Positions 17,968-28,778 of a stretch of 64,000 nucleotides of DNA are shown piece after piece. The notes under the pieces were generated by a model. It had not been told where the DNA came from. It worked only from the letters and a program-made list of their open reading frames with translations, and ran no database searches. Positions within the stretch are counted from its first letter, which is position 1. Every line of letters starts with the position of its first letter. The stretch is from a bacterium (lineage in GTDB: Bacteria; Patescibacteriota; Minisyncoccia; Phycocordibacterales; Phycocordibacteraceae): assembly GCA_021811365.1 (NCBI GenBank), contig JAJZPB010000001.1, forward strand, positions 32,312 through 96,311, read 5' to 3'. Both the position numbers and the translations under genes were made by a program.

Positions 17968-19323
17968 CTACTGCCTAACGGGATCTTGCTCGAGCACGAG
18001 GCTCACGATATTTTCTGCCTGGACTTCTTCGATGGCAGCGCCCAAAGCGCGTAGCCGCGGGACCAGATTCTCGTAGCCTCGGTTAATTGTGTAAACGTTG
18101 CGCAGCATCGAGCGGCCTTTGGCCGCGAGCATCGCAATCACCAGCATAGCGCCGATGCGCAAGACGCTCGGGCAGACGACTTCAGCGCCCTTGAGTCGGG
18201 TCGGGCCGTCGATAGAAATGCGGTGGGGGTCGTGTAGGAGTGTGCGGGCTCCAAGGCGCTCGAGTTCGGTGTAGTAAATCGCGCGCTTGTCGTACACCCA
18301 ATCATGGAGCATGGTCGTGCCTTGTGCCTGCGTCGCTATCACAGCGAAGAATGGAAGGTTGTCCATATTGAGGCCGGGGTACGGGCGCGGATGAATCTTT
18401 TCCGGGAAGGCAGTGAGTTCCGATGGGCGAAGACTGATATCTGCAAGGCGCGTCACGCCGTTTTCTGAAACTCCCGTTTCCGTTATCGAAAAATCGAGGC
18501 CCATTTTTTCCAGTACCGCAAGCTCGAGTTCGAGAAAGGCGAGCGGCGCGCGACGGACCGTGAGCGCGGAGCGCGTCGTTGCCGCTAGTGCAATAAAGAA
18601 CATGCTGTCTATCGGGTCTTCCGCAACGCTATAGGCAAGGTCGGTAGCGATGTTTGGTACGCCGTGGACTGTAAGTGTCGTGGTGCCGACGCCTTCAATG
18701 TGCACGCCGAGTGCCGCAAGAAACCCGCACAGTTCTTGCACCATGTAGTTTGCGGAGGCGTACTTGATGACGCTCGTTCCGGGTAAACGCGCGGCAGCCA
18801 AGAGCGCGTTCTCTGTGGCAGTGTCGCCTGATTCGAGCAGTACGACTTCGGCAGGGGTAAGGCCGTGGTGCTCAATCTGGAAGCGGTCGCTCAGCGCTTC
18901 GATGTGTACGCCGAATTTCTCAAGCGCCCAAAGGTGGGGGCGGACGGTGCGCGTTCCGAGCGTGCAGCCGCCTGACTGCGGGATGTCGAACGTCTTCAGT
19001 TCGTGAATGAGCGCGCCGATGAACAGAATGATGCTGCGCGTCTTGGTGGCCGCTTCGGCGTCGATGCGTTCAAGCGAAAGGGTCGTCGTCGGCGTGATGA
19101 CGAGATCGTTACCCTGCCACGCTGCAGCGACGCCGATTGACTGCAAAACCTCCACAAGCCGATACACCTCCTCTATATGCGGCATATTGCGCAGAGTGGT
19201 TGTGCCGCGATTAAGGAGTGTTGCAGCGAGAAGGGCAACGGCGCCATTTTTCGAGCGGCTGGTAACGACGTCGCCGGAAAGCTCGCGAGCGCCCTCAATA
19301 ATGAAATTGGTACTGTTGTGCAT
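17968..19323 (-). CDS. murA: UDP-N-acetylglucosamine 1-carboxyvinyltransferase
   Basis: SKNGA, GGCTLGTR, TENALLAA, PYPG, INRGYE. Confidence 0.93.
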   Translation of the reverse strand: MHNSTNFIIEGARELSGDVVTSRSKNGAVALLAATLLNRGTTTLRNMPHIEEVYRLVEVLQSIGVAAAWQGNDLVITPTTTLSLERIDAEAATKTRSIILFIGALIHELKTFDIPQSGGCTLGTRTVRPHLWALEKFGVHIEALSDRFQIEHHGLTPAEVVLLESGDTATENALLAAARLPGTSVIKYASANYMVQELCGFLAALGVHIEGVGTTTLTVHGVPNIATDLAYSVAEDPIDSMFFIALAATTRSALTVRRAPLAFLELELAVLEKMGLDFSITETGVSENGVTRLADISLRPSELTAFPEKIHPRPYPGLNMDNLPFFAVIATQAQGTTMLHDWVYDKRAIYYTELERLGARTLLHDPHRISIDGPTRLKGAEVVCPSVLRIGAMLVIAMLAAKGRSMLRNVYTINRGYENLVPRLRALGAAIEEVQAENIVSLVLEQDPVRQ

Positions 19324-19399
19324 CAGGGCGATTTTACCACCTTTACCGCTGTACTTTTGCGCAAGCGCAAGCTCGTGCGGTATGATGCGCTAGCAAGAC

Positions 19400-20443
19400 A
19401 TGTCGCTTTTTTCTCCCAAATTCGGTATCGACCTCGGAACGACAAACGTGCTCGTCTTTGTCCCCAGCAAGGGGGTAGTCATAAACGAGCCCTCGGTAGT
19501 TGCGGTGGGGAAGGGACGGGAGCGGCAAAAAAAGGGGAAGATGCGCGGCGGAAACAAAATACTCGCCATCGGCATAGAGGCCAAGAAAATGATCGGACGT
19601 ACGCCGGACGACATTGTGGCGTACCGCCCCATGAAGGACGGGGTCATTGCCGACTACCGTGTGACCGAGGCGATGCTGCGCTATTTCATGCGCAAAGCGC
19701 TCGGGAGAAATCCGTTCAAGCCGACCGTACTCATCTCGGTGCCGGCAGGCGTAACGAGCACCGAGAAACGCGCGGTGATTGAAGCGGCCATGAAGGCGGG
19801 CGCGAAGAACGCGTACGTGGTCAAGGAGCCGATTCTCGCGGCGATCGGTGCAGGCATTCCGATCCACGAGCCGATGGGTCGCATGATTGTGGATATCGGC
19901 GGCGGCACTATCGACGTCGCGGTGATTTCGCTCGGCGGCATTGTTGCTTCGACGAGCGTGAAGTGCGCTGGCGACCGACTCGACCACGCGATTGTGGATT
20001 ATGTAAAGAAACAGTTTAATTTAGCGATTGGCGATAAGACTGCAGAACAGATTAAGATTGAAGTGGGTGCTGCGGTTCCGCTGGGCGAAGAGCTCTCGCT
20101 TTCCGTAAAAGGGCGCGACCTCGTTTCGGGGTTGCCGCGCACGGTTGAGCTCTCAACCAACGATGTGGTTCAGGCGATGGCGCGCGAGTTGCGAGAAATG
20201 ACTCAGGCGATCCGCAAAGTACTGCAAGAGACGCCGCCCGAGCTCGCTGCGGACATTATCGACAACGGCATCATACTGACGGGCGGTTCCTCGCAGCTGC
20301 GCCAGATGCCGGAGTTGGTGTATCGCCGCACAGGGGTTATCGCCAAGCTCGCCAACGACCCGTACTACTGCGTTGCGCGCGGGACTGGTATCGCGCTCAA
20401 GCATTTGGATACGTACCAAAAAAGCATTATTGCCAAAAAGTAG
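19400..20443 (+). CDS. mreB: rod shape-determining protein MreB (copy 1)
   Basis: GIDLGT, EPSVVA, VDIGGGT, LTGG. Confidence 0.95.
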   Translation: MSLFSPKFGIDLGTTNVLVFVPSKGVVINEPSVVAVGKGRERQKKGKMRGGNKILAIGIEAKKMIGRTPDDIVAYRPMKDGVIADYRVTEAMLRYFMRKALGRNPFKPTVLISVPAGVTSTEKRAVIEAAMKAGAKNAYVVKEPILAAIGAGIPIHEPMGRMIVDIGGGTIDVAVISLGGIVASTSVKCAGDRLDHAIVDYVKKQFNLAIGDKTAEQIKIEVGAAVPLGEELSLSVKGRDLVSGLPRTVELSTNDVVQAMARELREMTQAIRKVLQETPPELAADIIDNGIILTGGSSQLRQMPELVYRRTGVIAKLANDPYYCVARGTGIALKHLDTYQKSIIAKK

Positions 20444-20550
20444 AGCCCGATCGGTTTGAATCAAGGGTGGACTCGTTTGCGATCTCGAACGGGCCCGGTA
20501 TGTAGCAACGCGCCGGGCTTGAATCTTGTAAAAGGTTTATACTTTTAGCA

Positions 20551-21237
20551 GTGGCCCACGCTTTTGTTATCGAGGCAGAGAAAGAAGAAGGAATCGCTGT
20601 TGCTACCGCTTGTATCGAGCGCGAGTTTGGGCTGCCAGCGCACGATCCGGACGTAACCATTCTGCGCTACGGGCTATTTTCTGTTGATGACGCGCGAGAC
20701 GTAGCAACCGTGGCAGCCCGCGCGCCTTCGGGCGCACGCGGCAGCGTACTTGTGCTTGCGGCCGATCGCGCGTACCACGAAGCGCAAAATGCGCTGCTGA
20801 AGCTATTTGAAGAACCGCCTGAGGGCGTCCGACTTTTTTTAATACTACCTACCTTAGGCGGCCTACTGCCCACGCTACGTTCGCGCGTGCAGGTGCTCGC
20901 GCACGAAAGCGGCGCGCACGGAGTGAGTCACGAGCGAAACAGCAGCCCCTTAGCGGAAGCATTTTTGCACGCGAGTAAAGAGAAGCGTACGGCGCTTATA
21001 AAAAAGCTTGTGAGCGGCAAAGACGAAGAGGAACGCCGTTTGCATCGCGACGAAGCCATTGCGCTGGTGAACGGCATAGAAGGTAGTGCGTACGAACGCT
21101 TTGCCAAAGGCGAGCGCGTGGTAGCGGAACTGCTTTCCGACATCGCTACGTTACGAAGCTACCTCTACGACCGCAGCGCGCCGGTGCGCCTCATCCTTGA
21201 ACATCTTGCGTTACTGGTGGACGCGGTGTCGTGGTGA
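20551..21237 (+). CDS. DNA polymerase III delta-prime-like protein
   Basis: EAQNALLKLFEEPP, LLPTLRSRV (HolB-like, truncated). Confidence 0.75.
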   Translation: MAHAFVIEAEKEEGIAVATACIEREFGLPAHDPDVTILRYGLFSVDDARDVATVAARAPSGARGSVLVLAADRAYHEAQNALLKLFEEPPEGVRLFLILPTLGGLLPTLRSRVQVLAHESGAHGVSHERNSSPLAEAFLHASKEKRTALIKKLVSGKDEEERRLHRDEAIALVNGIEGSAYERFAKGERVVAELLSDIATLRSYLYDRSAPVRLILEHLALLVDAVSW

Positions 21238-21296
21238 AATGCGCGCCGCGCAACGCATTCCAGCGGTTCCAAGTTATTTGGTATGATGGGTCGCAT

Positions 21297-21848
21297 ATGG
21301 CATACGATTTTTCGACACTCGACGCGCAGATTACCGAGACGCATGACTGGCTTCAACGAGAACTTTCGGGCGTGCGCACCGGCCGCGCCACACCCGCTAT
21401 TCTCGACTCCGTAAAGGCGGAAGTGTACGGAGCGCGCACGCCGCTCCGCGAGCTCGCGAGTATCACCATTGAAGACGCGCGCACGCTGCGCGTGGCGCCC
21501 TGGGATGCATCTACGATTAAGGCGGTAGAGAAAAGTATAGTGGATGCGGACCTAGGAGTGGGTGTTGCCGTAGACGGTCAAGGAGTGCGCGTGCTTTTCC
21601 CTGAACTTACGTCGGAGCGTCGCACGCAGCTTCTGAAGATTGCCGGCGATCGTACCGAGCAAGCGCGCGTGACGCTTCGCGGGCACCGCACCGAGGCTAT
21701 CAAAGAGCTCGAAGCGGCTGAAAAAGACGGCGGCATGGGCCAAGACGAAGTGGCGCGCCTTAAAAGCGAAATTCAAAAGCGCATCGATGCGGGTAACGAA
21801 ACCCTTGCCGAACTACTTAAGAAAAAAGAAGTCGAGATAGCGCGGTAA
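21297..21848 (+). CDS. frr: ribosome recycling factor
   Basis: RTGRATP, PELTSERR, KKEVEI. Confidence 0.95.
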   Translation: MAYDFSTLDAQITETHDWLQRELSGVRTGRATPAILDSVKAEVYGARTPLRELASITIEDARTLRVAPWDASTIKAVEKSIVDADLGVGVAVDGQGVRVLFPELTSERRTQLLKIAGDRTEQARVTLRGHRTEAIKELEAAEKDGGMGQDEVARLKSEIQKRIDAGNETLAELLKKKEVEIAR

Positions 21849-21892
21849 CGCGCGCGCGAGTTTTTGTCGCTTTCGTGTAGTACACTGCGGAA

Positions 21893-23008
21893 ATGATTGC
21901 AGCATTTGGACTATTCGGACAGGGACTCATTGTGCTTGTGGCGCTGTGCGCGCTCATTCTCGTGCATGAATTCGGGCATTTCGTCGTCGCGAAACTCTCG
22001 CGAATGCAGGTCGACGAGTTTGGCCTAGGTTTCCCTCCGCGCGCCCTTACGCTCGGGAAAATGGGCGGAACGACCTACACCCTTAACTGGCTGCCGCTCG
22101 GAGGTTTCGTGAAAATTCGTGGCGAAGACGGCGGTGATGAACAAAACCCGCGTAGCTTCGCGGCGCGGCCGCGCATTCTCCAGGCGCTCGTGCTCGTGGC
22201 GGGTATTGCGATGAACTTTTTGTTTGCGTTCGTACTCATTGCCGCAGCGCTTATGGCGGGTACCCCGCGCGCGCTTTCGCAGAGCGAGATTGCTCGTGCG
22301 CACGATGTACATGTGGCGGTAACCGCGGTGCTGCCGAACTCCCCGGCAGCACAGGCCGGATTGCAGCCGGGCGATGAAATTCTTTCAGCGCGCGCTGAAC
22401 AGAGCACATGGTCTGCGACCAGTACAGCGAGCTTCTCAGCTTTCGTTAATGCTAGTAAGGGGACACCCATCGCGCTTTCTGTGCAGCAGGTTGCTGGCGG
22501 GGTAGCGACCGCAACAGCGACCCCGGTTGCGGGGCTCGTCGCAACTGATCCTGCGCGCTATGTGCTTGGCGTAGATATTTACCCGGTGGGCGTTACGCCC
22601 GTATCGTTTCCCTCGGCGATAACACAAAGTGCGTCGCTTACCTGGGGCGTGACGGTGCTCACTGTGCACGGCCTCTGGCAGCTTATTTCGGGTCTGTTTA
22701 CCTTCTCCGCGAATCTCTCGCAGGTGTCGGGTCCTATTGGCATTGTTTCGCACATTAGCAGCGCGTCGACTCAGGGATTTGGCAATCTGCTCTCCTTGAT
22801 TGCGGTCATATCCGTGAATCTTGCGCTTATCAACCTGATTCCGATTCCGGCGCTCGACGGCGGCCGTCTGCTGTTTGTCGCTATCGAAGCGGTGCGCCGC
22901 CGCGCGATTAACCCAACTATAGCGGCGACGGTGAACACGGTTGGATTTGCGCTGCTTATTTTGCTCGTGGTGGTCGTCTCGGTCCACGACGTGCTTCGGT
23001 TCGTATAG
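21893..23008 (+). CDS. rseP: RIP metalloprotease (M50, PDZ)
   Basis: HEFGH, PLGGFV, NLIPIPALDGG. Confidence 0.93.
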   Translation: MIAAFGLFGQGLIVLVALCALILVHEFGHFVVAKLSRMQVDEFGLGFPPRALTLGKMGGTTYTLNWLPLGGFVKIRGEDGGDEQNPRSFAARPRILQALVLVAGIAMNFLFAFVLIAAALMAGTPRALSQSEIARAHDVHVAVTAVLPNSPAAQAGLQPGDEILSARAEQSTWSATSTASFSAFVNASKGTPIALSVQQVAGGVATATATPVAGLVATDPARYVLGVDIYPVGVTPVSFPSAITQSASLTWGVTVLTVHGLWQLISGLFTFSANLSQVSGPIGIVSHISSASTQGFGNLLSLIAVISVNLALINLIPIPALDGGRLLFVAIEAVRRRAINPTIAATVNTVGFALLILLVVVVSVHDVLRFV

Positions 23009-23064
23009 GCCTCTGTTTGGCCTTTTTTGCGCTTCGCCCGCGGCCAGCTTATACTGAGCTCACT

Positions 23065-24315
23065 ATGAAGCAGTCGAAGCTGTTTACGAAGGCGCGGCGC
23101 GAGGCGCCCGCTGATGAAGTCTCTAAAAATGCGCAGCTGCTCATTCGCGCTGGCTACGTGCATAAAGAAATGGCCGGCGTATATGACTTCCTTCCGCTCG
23201 GTTTGAAGACGCTCAATAACGTCATTGGCATCATTCGCGAAGAAATGAACGCTATCGGCGGGGAAGAGGTGCTGCTTTCTTCGCTTCAGGACCCGGAACT
23301 CTGGAAGAAAACTAAACGCTGGGGCGACGAAGACGTCGATGTATGGTTTAAGACCAAGCTCAAGAATGACGCCGAGCTGGGCTTAGGCTTCACGCACGAA
23401 GAGCCGATCACACGGCTCATGCGCGACCATATTGCTTCGTATAAAGATCTGCCGCGCTATGCGTATCAGTTCCAAAATAAGTTTCGCAATGAGACGCGGG
23501 CCAAAAGCGGCATCATGCGTTCCCGCGAGTTCATTATGAAAGATTTATATTCGTTCAATCGCGATGAAGCGCAGTTTAAGGAATTTTATGAACAGGCGGC
23601 CGAGGCATACTTGCGCGTCTTTACCCGTGCTGGCATTGGCGGCCAGACGTACCGCACCTTTGCTTCGGGAGGATCGTTTAGCAAATTCAGCGATGAATTC
23701 CAAACCGTGTGCGAGGCGGGTGAAGACCTCATTTACATCCACGAGGGGAAAAAGATCGCTATAAACGAAGAGGTGTGTACGGACGACGTCCTTGCCGACC
23801 TCGGTATCAAAAAAGAAGAGCTCCGTCAGGAGAAGTCGATAGAGGTGGGTAATATTTTTCCGCTCGGAACGAAGTATTCAGCCGCGCTTGGACTCACTTT
23901 TAAAAACGCCGACGGCAAAGACGAACCGGTATGGATGGGTTCCTACGGTATCGGTCCCGCGCGGCTTATGGGGACAATCGTAGAACTGCTCTCCGACGAA
24001 AGAGGAATTGTGTGGCCCGCGAGCGTCGCGCCGTTTGCGGTGCATGTGGTCTCGCTCGGGAAGCCGGGCGATGAGGTCGCAGCGCTTGCCGACGGGCTTT
24101 ATGCCGAACTTTCGGAGAAGGGTGTCGCAGTACTCTACGACGATCGCGACTTGCGGCCCGGAGAGAAATTTGCGGAGAGCGATTTGCTCGGCATGCCTGC
24201 GCGCGTGGTGGTCGGCAAGGACGCGGTAGCGACCGATACATTTGAGGTCGTAGATCGCAAGACGGGTACGGTAGAAAAGGTAGCGCGCGCGGCACTGGTC
24301 GCACGATTTTCCTAG
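23065..24315 (+). CDS. proS: proline--tRNA ligase
   Basis: THEE, KFRNETR..GIMRSREF, EVGNIF.LGTKYS, MGSYGIG. Confidence 0.95.
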   Translation: MKQSKLFTKARREAPADEVSKNAQLLIRAGYVHKEMAGVYDFLPLGLKTLNNVIGIIREEMNAIGGEEVLLSSLQDPELWKKTKRWGDEDVDVWFKTKLKNDAELGLGFTHEEPITRLMRDHIASYKDLPRYAYQFQNKFRNETRAKSGIMRSREFIMKDLYSFNRDEAQFKEFYEQAAEAYLRVFTRAGIGGQTYRTFASGGSFSKFSDEFQTVCEAGEDLIYIHEGKKIAINEEVCTDDVLADLGIKKEELRQEKSIEVGNIFPLGTKYSAALGLTFKNADGKDEPVWMGSYGIGPARLMGTIVELLSDERGIVWPASVAPFAVHVVSLGKPGDEVAALADGLYAELSEKGVAVLYDDRDLRPGEKFAESDLLGMPARVVVGKDAVATDTFEVVDRKTGTVEKVARAALVARFS

Positions 24316-24316
24316 C

Positions 24317-25369
24317 ATGGCCCGCTTTTCAAAAAACTCGCTTTTCTCGAGCGACATAGGTATCGACCTCGGTACGAGCAACACGCTTGTCTACGTACGC
24401 GGCCGGGGCATTGTGCTCAACGAACCATCGGTTGTCGCGGTAAACGATAAAACCGGTCAGGTGGTTGCGGTGGGGAAGGAGGCTAAGGCGATGCTCGGCA
24501 AAACGCCGCCGCATATCCGTGCGGTGCGACCGCTCTCGCACGGCGTTATAAGCGACTTTGAGGTGACCGAGGAGCTGCTCACGTACCTTATTCGTAAAGC
24601 GGATAACGGCCGCATGCGGCTCTTTGGTCCGCGCGTTGTCGTGGGCGTGCCGACGGGGGTCACAAACGTCCAGAGCCGCGCGGTACGCGATGCGGCGCTG
24701 AATGCCGGCGCGCGTCAGGCCATTATTCTTGAGGAGCCGGTCGCTGGCGCAATCGGCGCCAAACTTCCGGTCTCTGAAGCATTCGGCACCATGGTGCTCG
24801 ACATTGGCGCTGGCACAACGGACATCGCGGTCATTGCGCTCAAAGGAACGGTCGCATCAAAAAGCTCGCAGGTTGCGGGCGACCGATTCAACGACAACAT
24901 CATAGACTTCGTGAGAAGCGAGTTTAAACTCGGAATTGGCGAGCGCACCGCTGAAGACGTGAAGGTCGCGATAGGCTCGGTGATGCCGCTCGACGAGCAG
25001 CTCTCGCACAGTGTGCGCGGCCGTGACCTGGCGACTGGGCTGCCTCGGGAAATTGTGCTTAACGATGGCCACGTGCGCGAGGCGCTCGCCTCTTCGTTTG
25101 ATGCGCTTATGGATGCTATGAAGGAGGTCATCGAAGCGACGCCGCCGGAGCTGCTGTCCGATGTGCTTGAACGCGGGGTGTTCGTGTTTGGCGGCGGCGC
25201 GCTCCTGCGCGGGCTGCCGCCGCTTCTCGCGAAGATGCTCGGTGTTCCGGTTACCGTAGCGCCTGAACCGCTCACCGCCGTGGTGCGCGGCACGGGCATA
25301 GTGACGGAGTCGCCGGAGCACTATCAGGATTTTTTCATAAATGAAGAGGACCTACTTAGCGAGACGTAA
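24317..25369 (+). CDS. mreB: rod shape-determining protein MreB (copy 2)
   Basis: GIDLGT, EPSVVA, DIGAGTT; upstream of mreC. Confidence 0.93.
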   Translation: MARFSKNSLFSSDIGIDLGTSNTLVYVRGRGIVLNEPSVVAVNDKTGQVVAVGKEAKAMLGKTPPHIRAVRPLSHGVISDFEVTEELLTYLIRKADNGRMRLFGPRVVVGVPTGVTNVQSRAVRDAALNAGARQAIILEEPVAGAIGAKLPVSEAFGTMVLDIGAGTTDIAVIALKGTVASKSSQVAGDRFNDNIIDFVRSEFKLGIGERTAEDVKVAIGSVMPLDEQLSHSVRGRDLATGLPREIVLNDGHVREALASSFDALMDAMKEVIEATPPELLSDVLERGVFVFGGGALLRGLPPLLAKMLGVPVTVAPEPLTAVVRGTGIVTESPEHYQDFFINEEDLLSET

Positions 25370-26174
25370 TGCGCTCCTTTCGCAGGCGCGGTTTACCTGG
25401 GGTGCATTCGCGCTGCTTTTTTCTGTCTGCGCGCTTGTGCTGCGCATTGCTGCGCCGAATGCCTTCTTTGCGTCCGTCGCGCCGCTTGAGCGCGGCGCAA
25501 CCGCTGCGGCGCGGTCGGTGCACAGCGTTCTGCCGGGAAGCACCACCGGGCTTGCCGCAAAGTACCGCGCGCTCGAAAGCGAGAACGCAGCGCTTGTAGT
25601 CGAGAACCGCGCGCTCGTTCAGAAGAACGTCGATCTCGCTGCGCTTTTGAACGCCACTTCGTCTGCGTCTCAAGCGCCGGGTGTTGTGGCGGGGGTGCTT
25701 GCGGCCCCGCCGGAGGATCCGTACGGCGCACTCATGCTCGCGGCAGGAACGCGCTCGGGCGTTTCGGTCGGTATGGAAGTATTCGGTACTAGCGGGGTAC
25801 CGGTAGGCATTGTCACGATGGCACTTGCCGATCAGTCGCGGGTAACGCTCTTTTCAGCGCCGGGACAAAAAATGAACGCGTGGATTGGGTCGCAGCAGTT
25901 GCCGGTGGTGCTTGCGGGAGCGGGAGCAGGAGCGTTTTCCGCCTCCATTCCTTCAACGGCAAGTGTAGCCGTTGGCGACGATGTGTACGCGCCCGGTCCG
26001 GGGGCTCTGCCCGTAGGACAGGTGTTGCGCATCGACCGCAGTCCTTCTTCGCCGAGCGCACAGTTGCGGATTGCGCCGGCGGTGAATCCTTTCTCGCTCG
26101 CGTGGGTGGTTCTGCGCCCCGGAACGCAGCAGCTCCAAAGCGCGCTTTCGTGCGCCACAAGCACGCACCCATGA
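25341..26174 (+). CDS. mreC: rod shape-determining protein MreC
   Basis: TM, coiled coil, beta domain; position after mreB. Confidence 0.8.
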   Translation: MKRTYLARRNALLSQARFTWGAFALLFSVCALVLRIAAPNAFFASVAPLERGATAAARSVHSVLPGSTTGLAAKYRALESENAALVVENRALVQKNVDLAALLNATSSASQAPGVVAGVLAAPPEDPYGALMLAAGTRSGVSVGMEVFGTSGVPVGIVTMALADQSRVTLFSAPGQKMNAWIGSQQLPVVLAGAGAGAFSASIPSTASVAVGDDVYAPGPGALPVGQVLRIDRSPSSPSAQLRIAPAVNPFSLAWVVLRPGTQQLQSALSCATSTHP

Positions 26175-26422
26175 TAAAAGGTGCGCTCACCGTTGCTGCG
26201 CTGCTTTCGGTCATTGCGCTTCCGTGGCAGTTCGCGGCGTTCTTTGTGCTCGCAGCGGGTACGGTCGTGCCGCTTCTACCGCTCGCGTGCGGTCTCTTTT
26301 TGGAAGCACTGTATTGGACGCCAGGCGCGTACCCGGTGCCGATTTTTGCTCTTTTAGGCGCGGTGGCGACCTTCGGCTTGTACCTCGTGCGGGGACGGGT
26401 CAAAGCGAGTATCATCGAATAA
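26171..26422 (+). CDS. short MreD-like membrane protein
   Basis: Hydrophobic 83-aa ORF between mreC and PBP2. Confidence 0.55.
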   Translation: MIKGALTVAALLSVIALPWQFAAFFVLAAGTVVPLLPLACGLFLEALYWTPGAYPVPIFALLGAVATFGLYLVRGRVKASIIE

Positions 26423-26424
26423 CG

Positions 26425-28152
26425 ATGCTCTGGCGACGTAGGCGAAAGTGGAATGCGGAGATTGCGCCGGACGAGATTTTTTTGGACGCAGCGACCTCCA
26501 CTTCCTTTAATAGAGACCAGTTCGAGGGGCGCCTCGAGAAACCGCTTACGCGCAGAACGTATGTGTCCTTGATGATTGTGATCGCAGGACTCATAAGCGT
26601 ACTGTTGCTGCGGGCAGGCCAGCTGGAGATTGTGCAAGGCAAGGCGTTTGCTGCAGAGAGCGCTAATAACAGTCTTGCAGTCACGACGCTGTTCGCGTCA
26701 CGTGGCGCAATTGTGGACGTGAACGGCGTGCCGCTTGCAGAGAACGTATCGCACTCCGACGGTTCGGTAACGCGCTACTACGCGCTTCCATCAATGGGGC
26801 AGATCATGGGCTATGTTTCGTACCCGAAAAAGGACGCGCACGGTAATTACTACGACACGAAAGAATCCGGCATTGCGGGCCTCGAGGCGCAGTACAACAG
26901 TCTCCTCTCAGGCACAAACGGTCAGCTTCTCGCGGAGCGTGACGCGCTTGGGCATATTCGTTCTGAGGGAGACATCGTCCCACCTCAGCCGGGCAAGACG
27001 CTGCGGCTTTCCGTGAATGCGAATCTCGAGGAGCTCTTTGCTCGGGCGCTGCAGAACGTAACCGTTCAACAGGGGTTCGTTGCGGGAGCGGGCGTTATTA
27101 TGGATGTGCATACTGGTGCGGTGCAGGCCATTGTGTCGTATCCGAGCTACGACCCAAATGTGATGAGTAACGGCGGCCCGGCGAGCGCGATTGCTGCGTA
27201 CAATACGGACCCCGGGCATCCGTTCCTTGACCACGCAGTGCAAGGCGTATATACGCCCGGCTCTATCGTGAAGCCGTTTGAGGCGGCAGGGGCGCTCACC
27301 GATGGCGTCATAACGCCCGAGACGACTATCGACGACACCGGCCTCCTCACGATAAAGGACCCCTACCACCCCGGGCAAGTATTTCGGTATACCGGCTGGA
27401 AGGCACTTGGACTCGTCACGGTGCGCCAGGCAATCGCGTGGTCGTCAGACGTGTTCTTCTACACTGTGGGAGGCGGTTTTGGGCCGATAAAAGGGCTTGG
27501 TATCAACAGGCTCGATTACTGGTACCGGCAGTTTGGACTCGGCACGACAACGGGCATTGACCTGCCGGGCGAGGCGAGCGGGCTCGTGCCTAGTCCTGCC
27601 TGGAAGCAGCAAGTCTTCGGCTCTCCCTGGTATCTTGGAGACACCTACTTTACTGCAATCGGCCAGTACGGAATGCAGGTGACGCCGATTCAGATGGTCC
27701 GTGCGACGGCGGCAGTCGCTAACGGCGGCACGCTCTACACGCCAACGCTTCTTGCGGGGCAGAAGGCACTTGGTACGCCAGTTGCTGCGTCTCCCTCCGC
27801 GCTCCAGGTGGTGCGTGAAGGCATGCGGCTCGGTGTAACGGGGACGACGCTTATCGGGAGAATTAACCTGCCGTACCTCGCGGTAGCGGCAAAGACTGGT
27901 ACGGCGCAGGTAGGGAGCCAGAACCAGTATGACAACACTTGGGTTGAGGGCTTCTTCCCCTACGATCACCCCCAGTACGCGTTTTCGGTCGTGCTTGAAC
28001 GCGGTCCCTCGGGCGCTGGTGAAGACGCTGTATGGGTGATGCAGCAACTCTTCGATGCGCTTTATGCTGAAAACTCTCCGTACGTGGGCGGAACGTCAAC
28101 CAGTACGGATGTCCTCGCGTCTTCAACGGTGCCCGCGCTCACGGGCGGGTAG
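26425..28152 (+). CDS. mrdA: penicillin-binding protein 2
   Basis: RGAIVD, SIVK, SSD, AKTG motifs. Confidence 0.88.
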   Translation: MLWRRRRKWNAEIAPDEIFLDAATSTSFNRDQFEGRLEKPLTRRTYVSLMIVIAGLISVLLLRAGQLEIVQGKAFAAESANNSLAVTTLFASRGAIVDVNGVPLAENVSHSDGSVTRYYALPSMGQIMGYVSYPKKDAHGNYYDTKESGIAGLEAQYNSLLSGTNGQLLAERDALGHIRSEGDIVPPQPGKTLRLSVNANLEELFARALQNVTVQQGFVAGAGVIMDVHTGAVQAIVSYPSYDPNVMSNGGPASAIAAYNTDPGHPFLDHAVQGVYTPGSIVKPFEAAGALTDGVITPETTIDDTGLLTIKDPYHPGQVFRYTGWKALGLVTVRQAIAWSSDVFFYTVGGGFGPIKGLGINRLDYWYRQFGLGTTTGIDLPGEASGLVPSPAWKQQVFGSPWYLGDTYFTAIGQYGMQVTPIQMVRATAAVANGGTLYTPTLLAGQKALGTPVAASPSALQVVREGMRLGVTGTTLIGRINLPYLAVAAKTGTAQVGSQNQYDNTWVEGFFPYDHPQYAFSVVLERGPSGAGEDAVWVMQQLFDALYAENSPYVGGTSTSTDVLASSTVPALTGG

Positions 28153-28223
28153 GGTATCGTTTGCGTTGCTGCTTGCGCTTCCGCATGCCTCGCGTACAAT
28201 GACGCCACATAATCTACCTATAT

Positions 28224-28697
28224 ATGCCCGACGCAACTGACAGCTACGTCTCGCAAGAGAAGTTCGACGAGATGGTGAAAGAGCTTGAACACCTCAAAAC
28301 CACGCGTCGTACGGAAATTGCAAAAAATCTCGAGTACGCTCGGTCGCTGGGAGATTTGTCCGAAAACGCCGAATACCAAGAAGCGCGCGACTTGCAAGCT
28401 GCAACCGAGGAGCGCATTAAGAAGCTCGAGGAATTTGTGAAGCACGCCAAGATCGCCTCAAGTGGCGCAAAAAAGAACGAAGTCGGCTTCAATTCGAAGG
28501 TGTGGATTCGCAAGGATGGCAGCAGTGACGTGCACGAATACACAATTGTGGGGAGCGAGGAGGCGGACATGCGCGTGAAAAAGCTTTCGCACGTTTCGCC
28601 GCTCGGCGCTGCGCTTATGGGGAAAAAGAAAGGCGACGTGTTTACGTTTGAAACTCCGGCAGGGAAGCAGACCTACGTCGTCGAAAAAATCGGCTAA
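28224..28697 (+). CDS. greA: transcription elongation factor GreA
   Basis: GDLSENAEY, SPLGAAL. Confidence 0.97.
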   Translation: MPDATDSYVSQEKFDEMVKELEHLKTTRRTEIAKNLEYARSLGDLSENAEYQEARDLQAATEERIKKLEEFVKHAKIASSGAKKNEVGFNSKVWIRKDGSSDVHEYTIVGSEEADMRVKKLSHVSPLGAALMGKKKGDVFTFETPAGKQTYVVEKIG

Positions 28698-28778
28698 CGT
28701 CTCGCACAGCGTTCTTGCCCGAGAAGCCGCCGGCCGCCGGCTTCTCGTTTTTCCCGCCGCTCGTGGTAGCATTCCGCT

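Noticed and set aside
19400-25369. Two mreB paralogues
   Set aside because: Multiple mreB-like genes are common in CPR and other bacteria; not novel.
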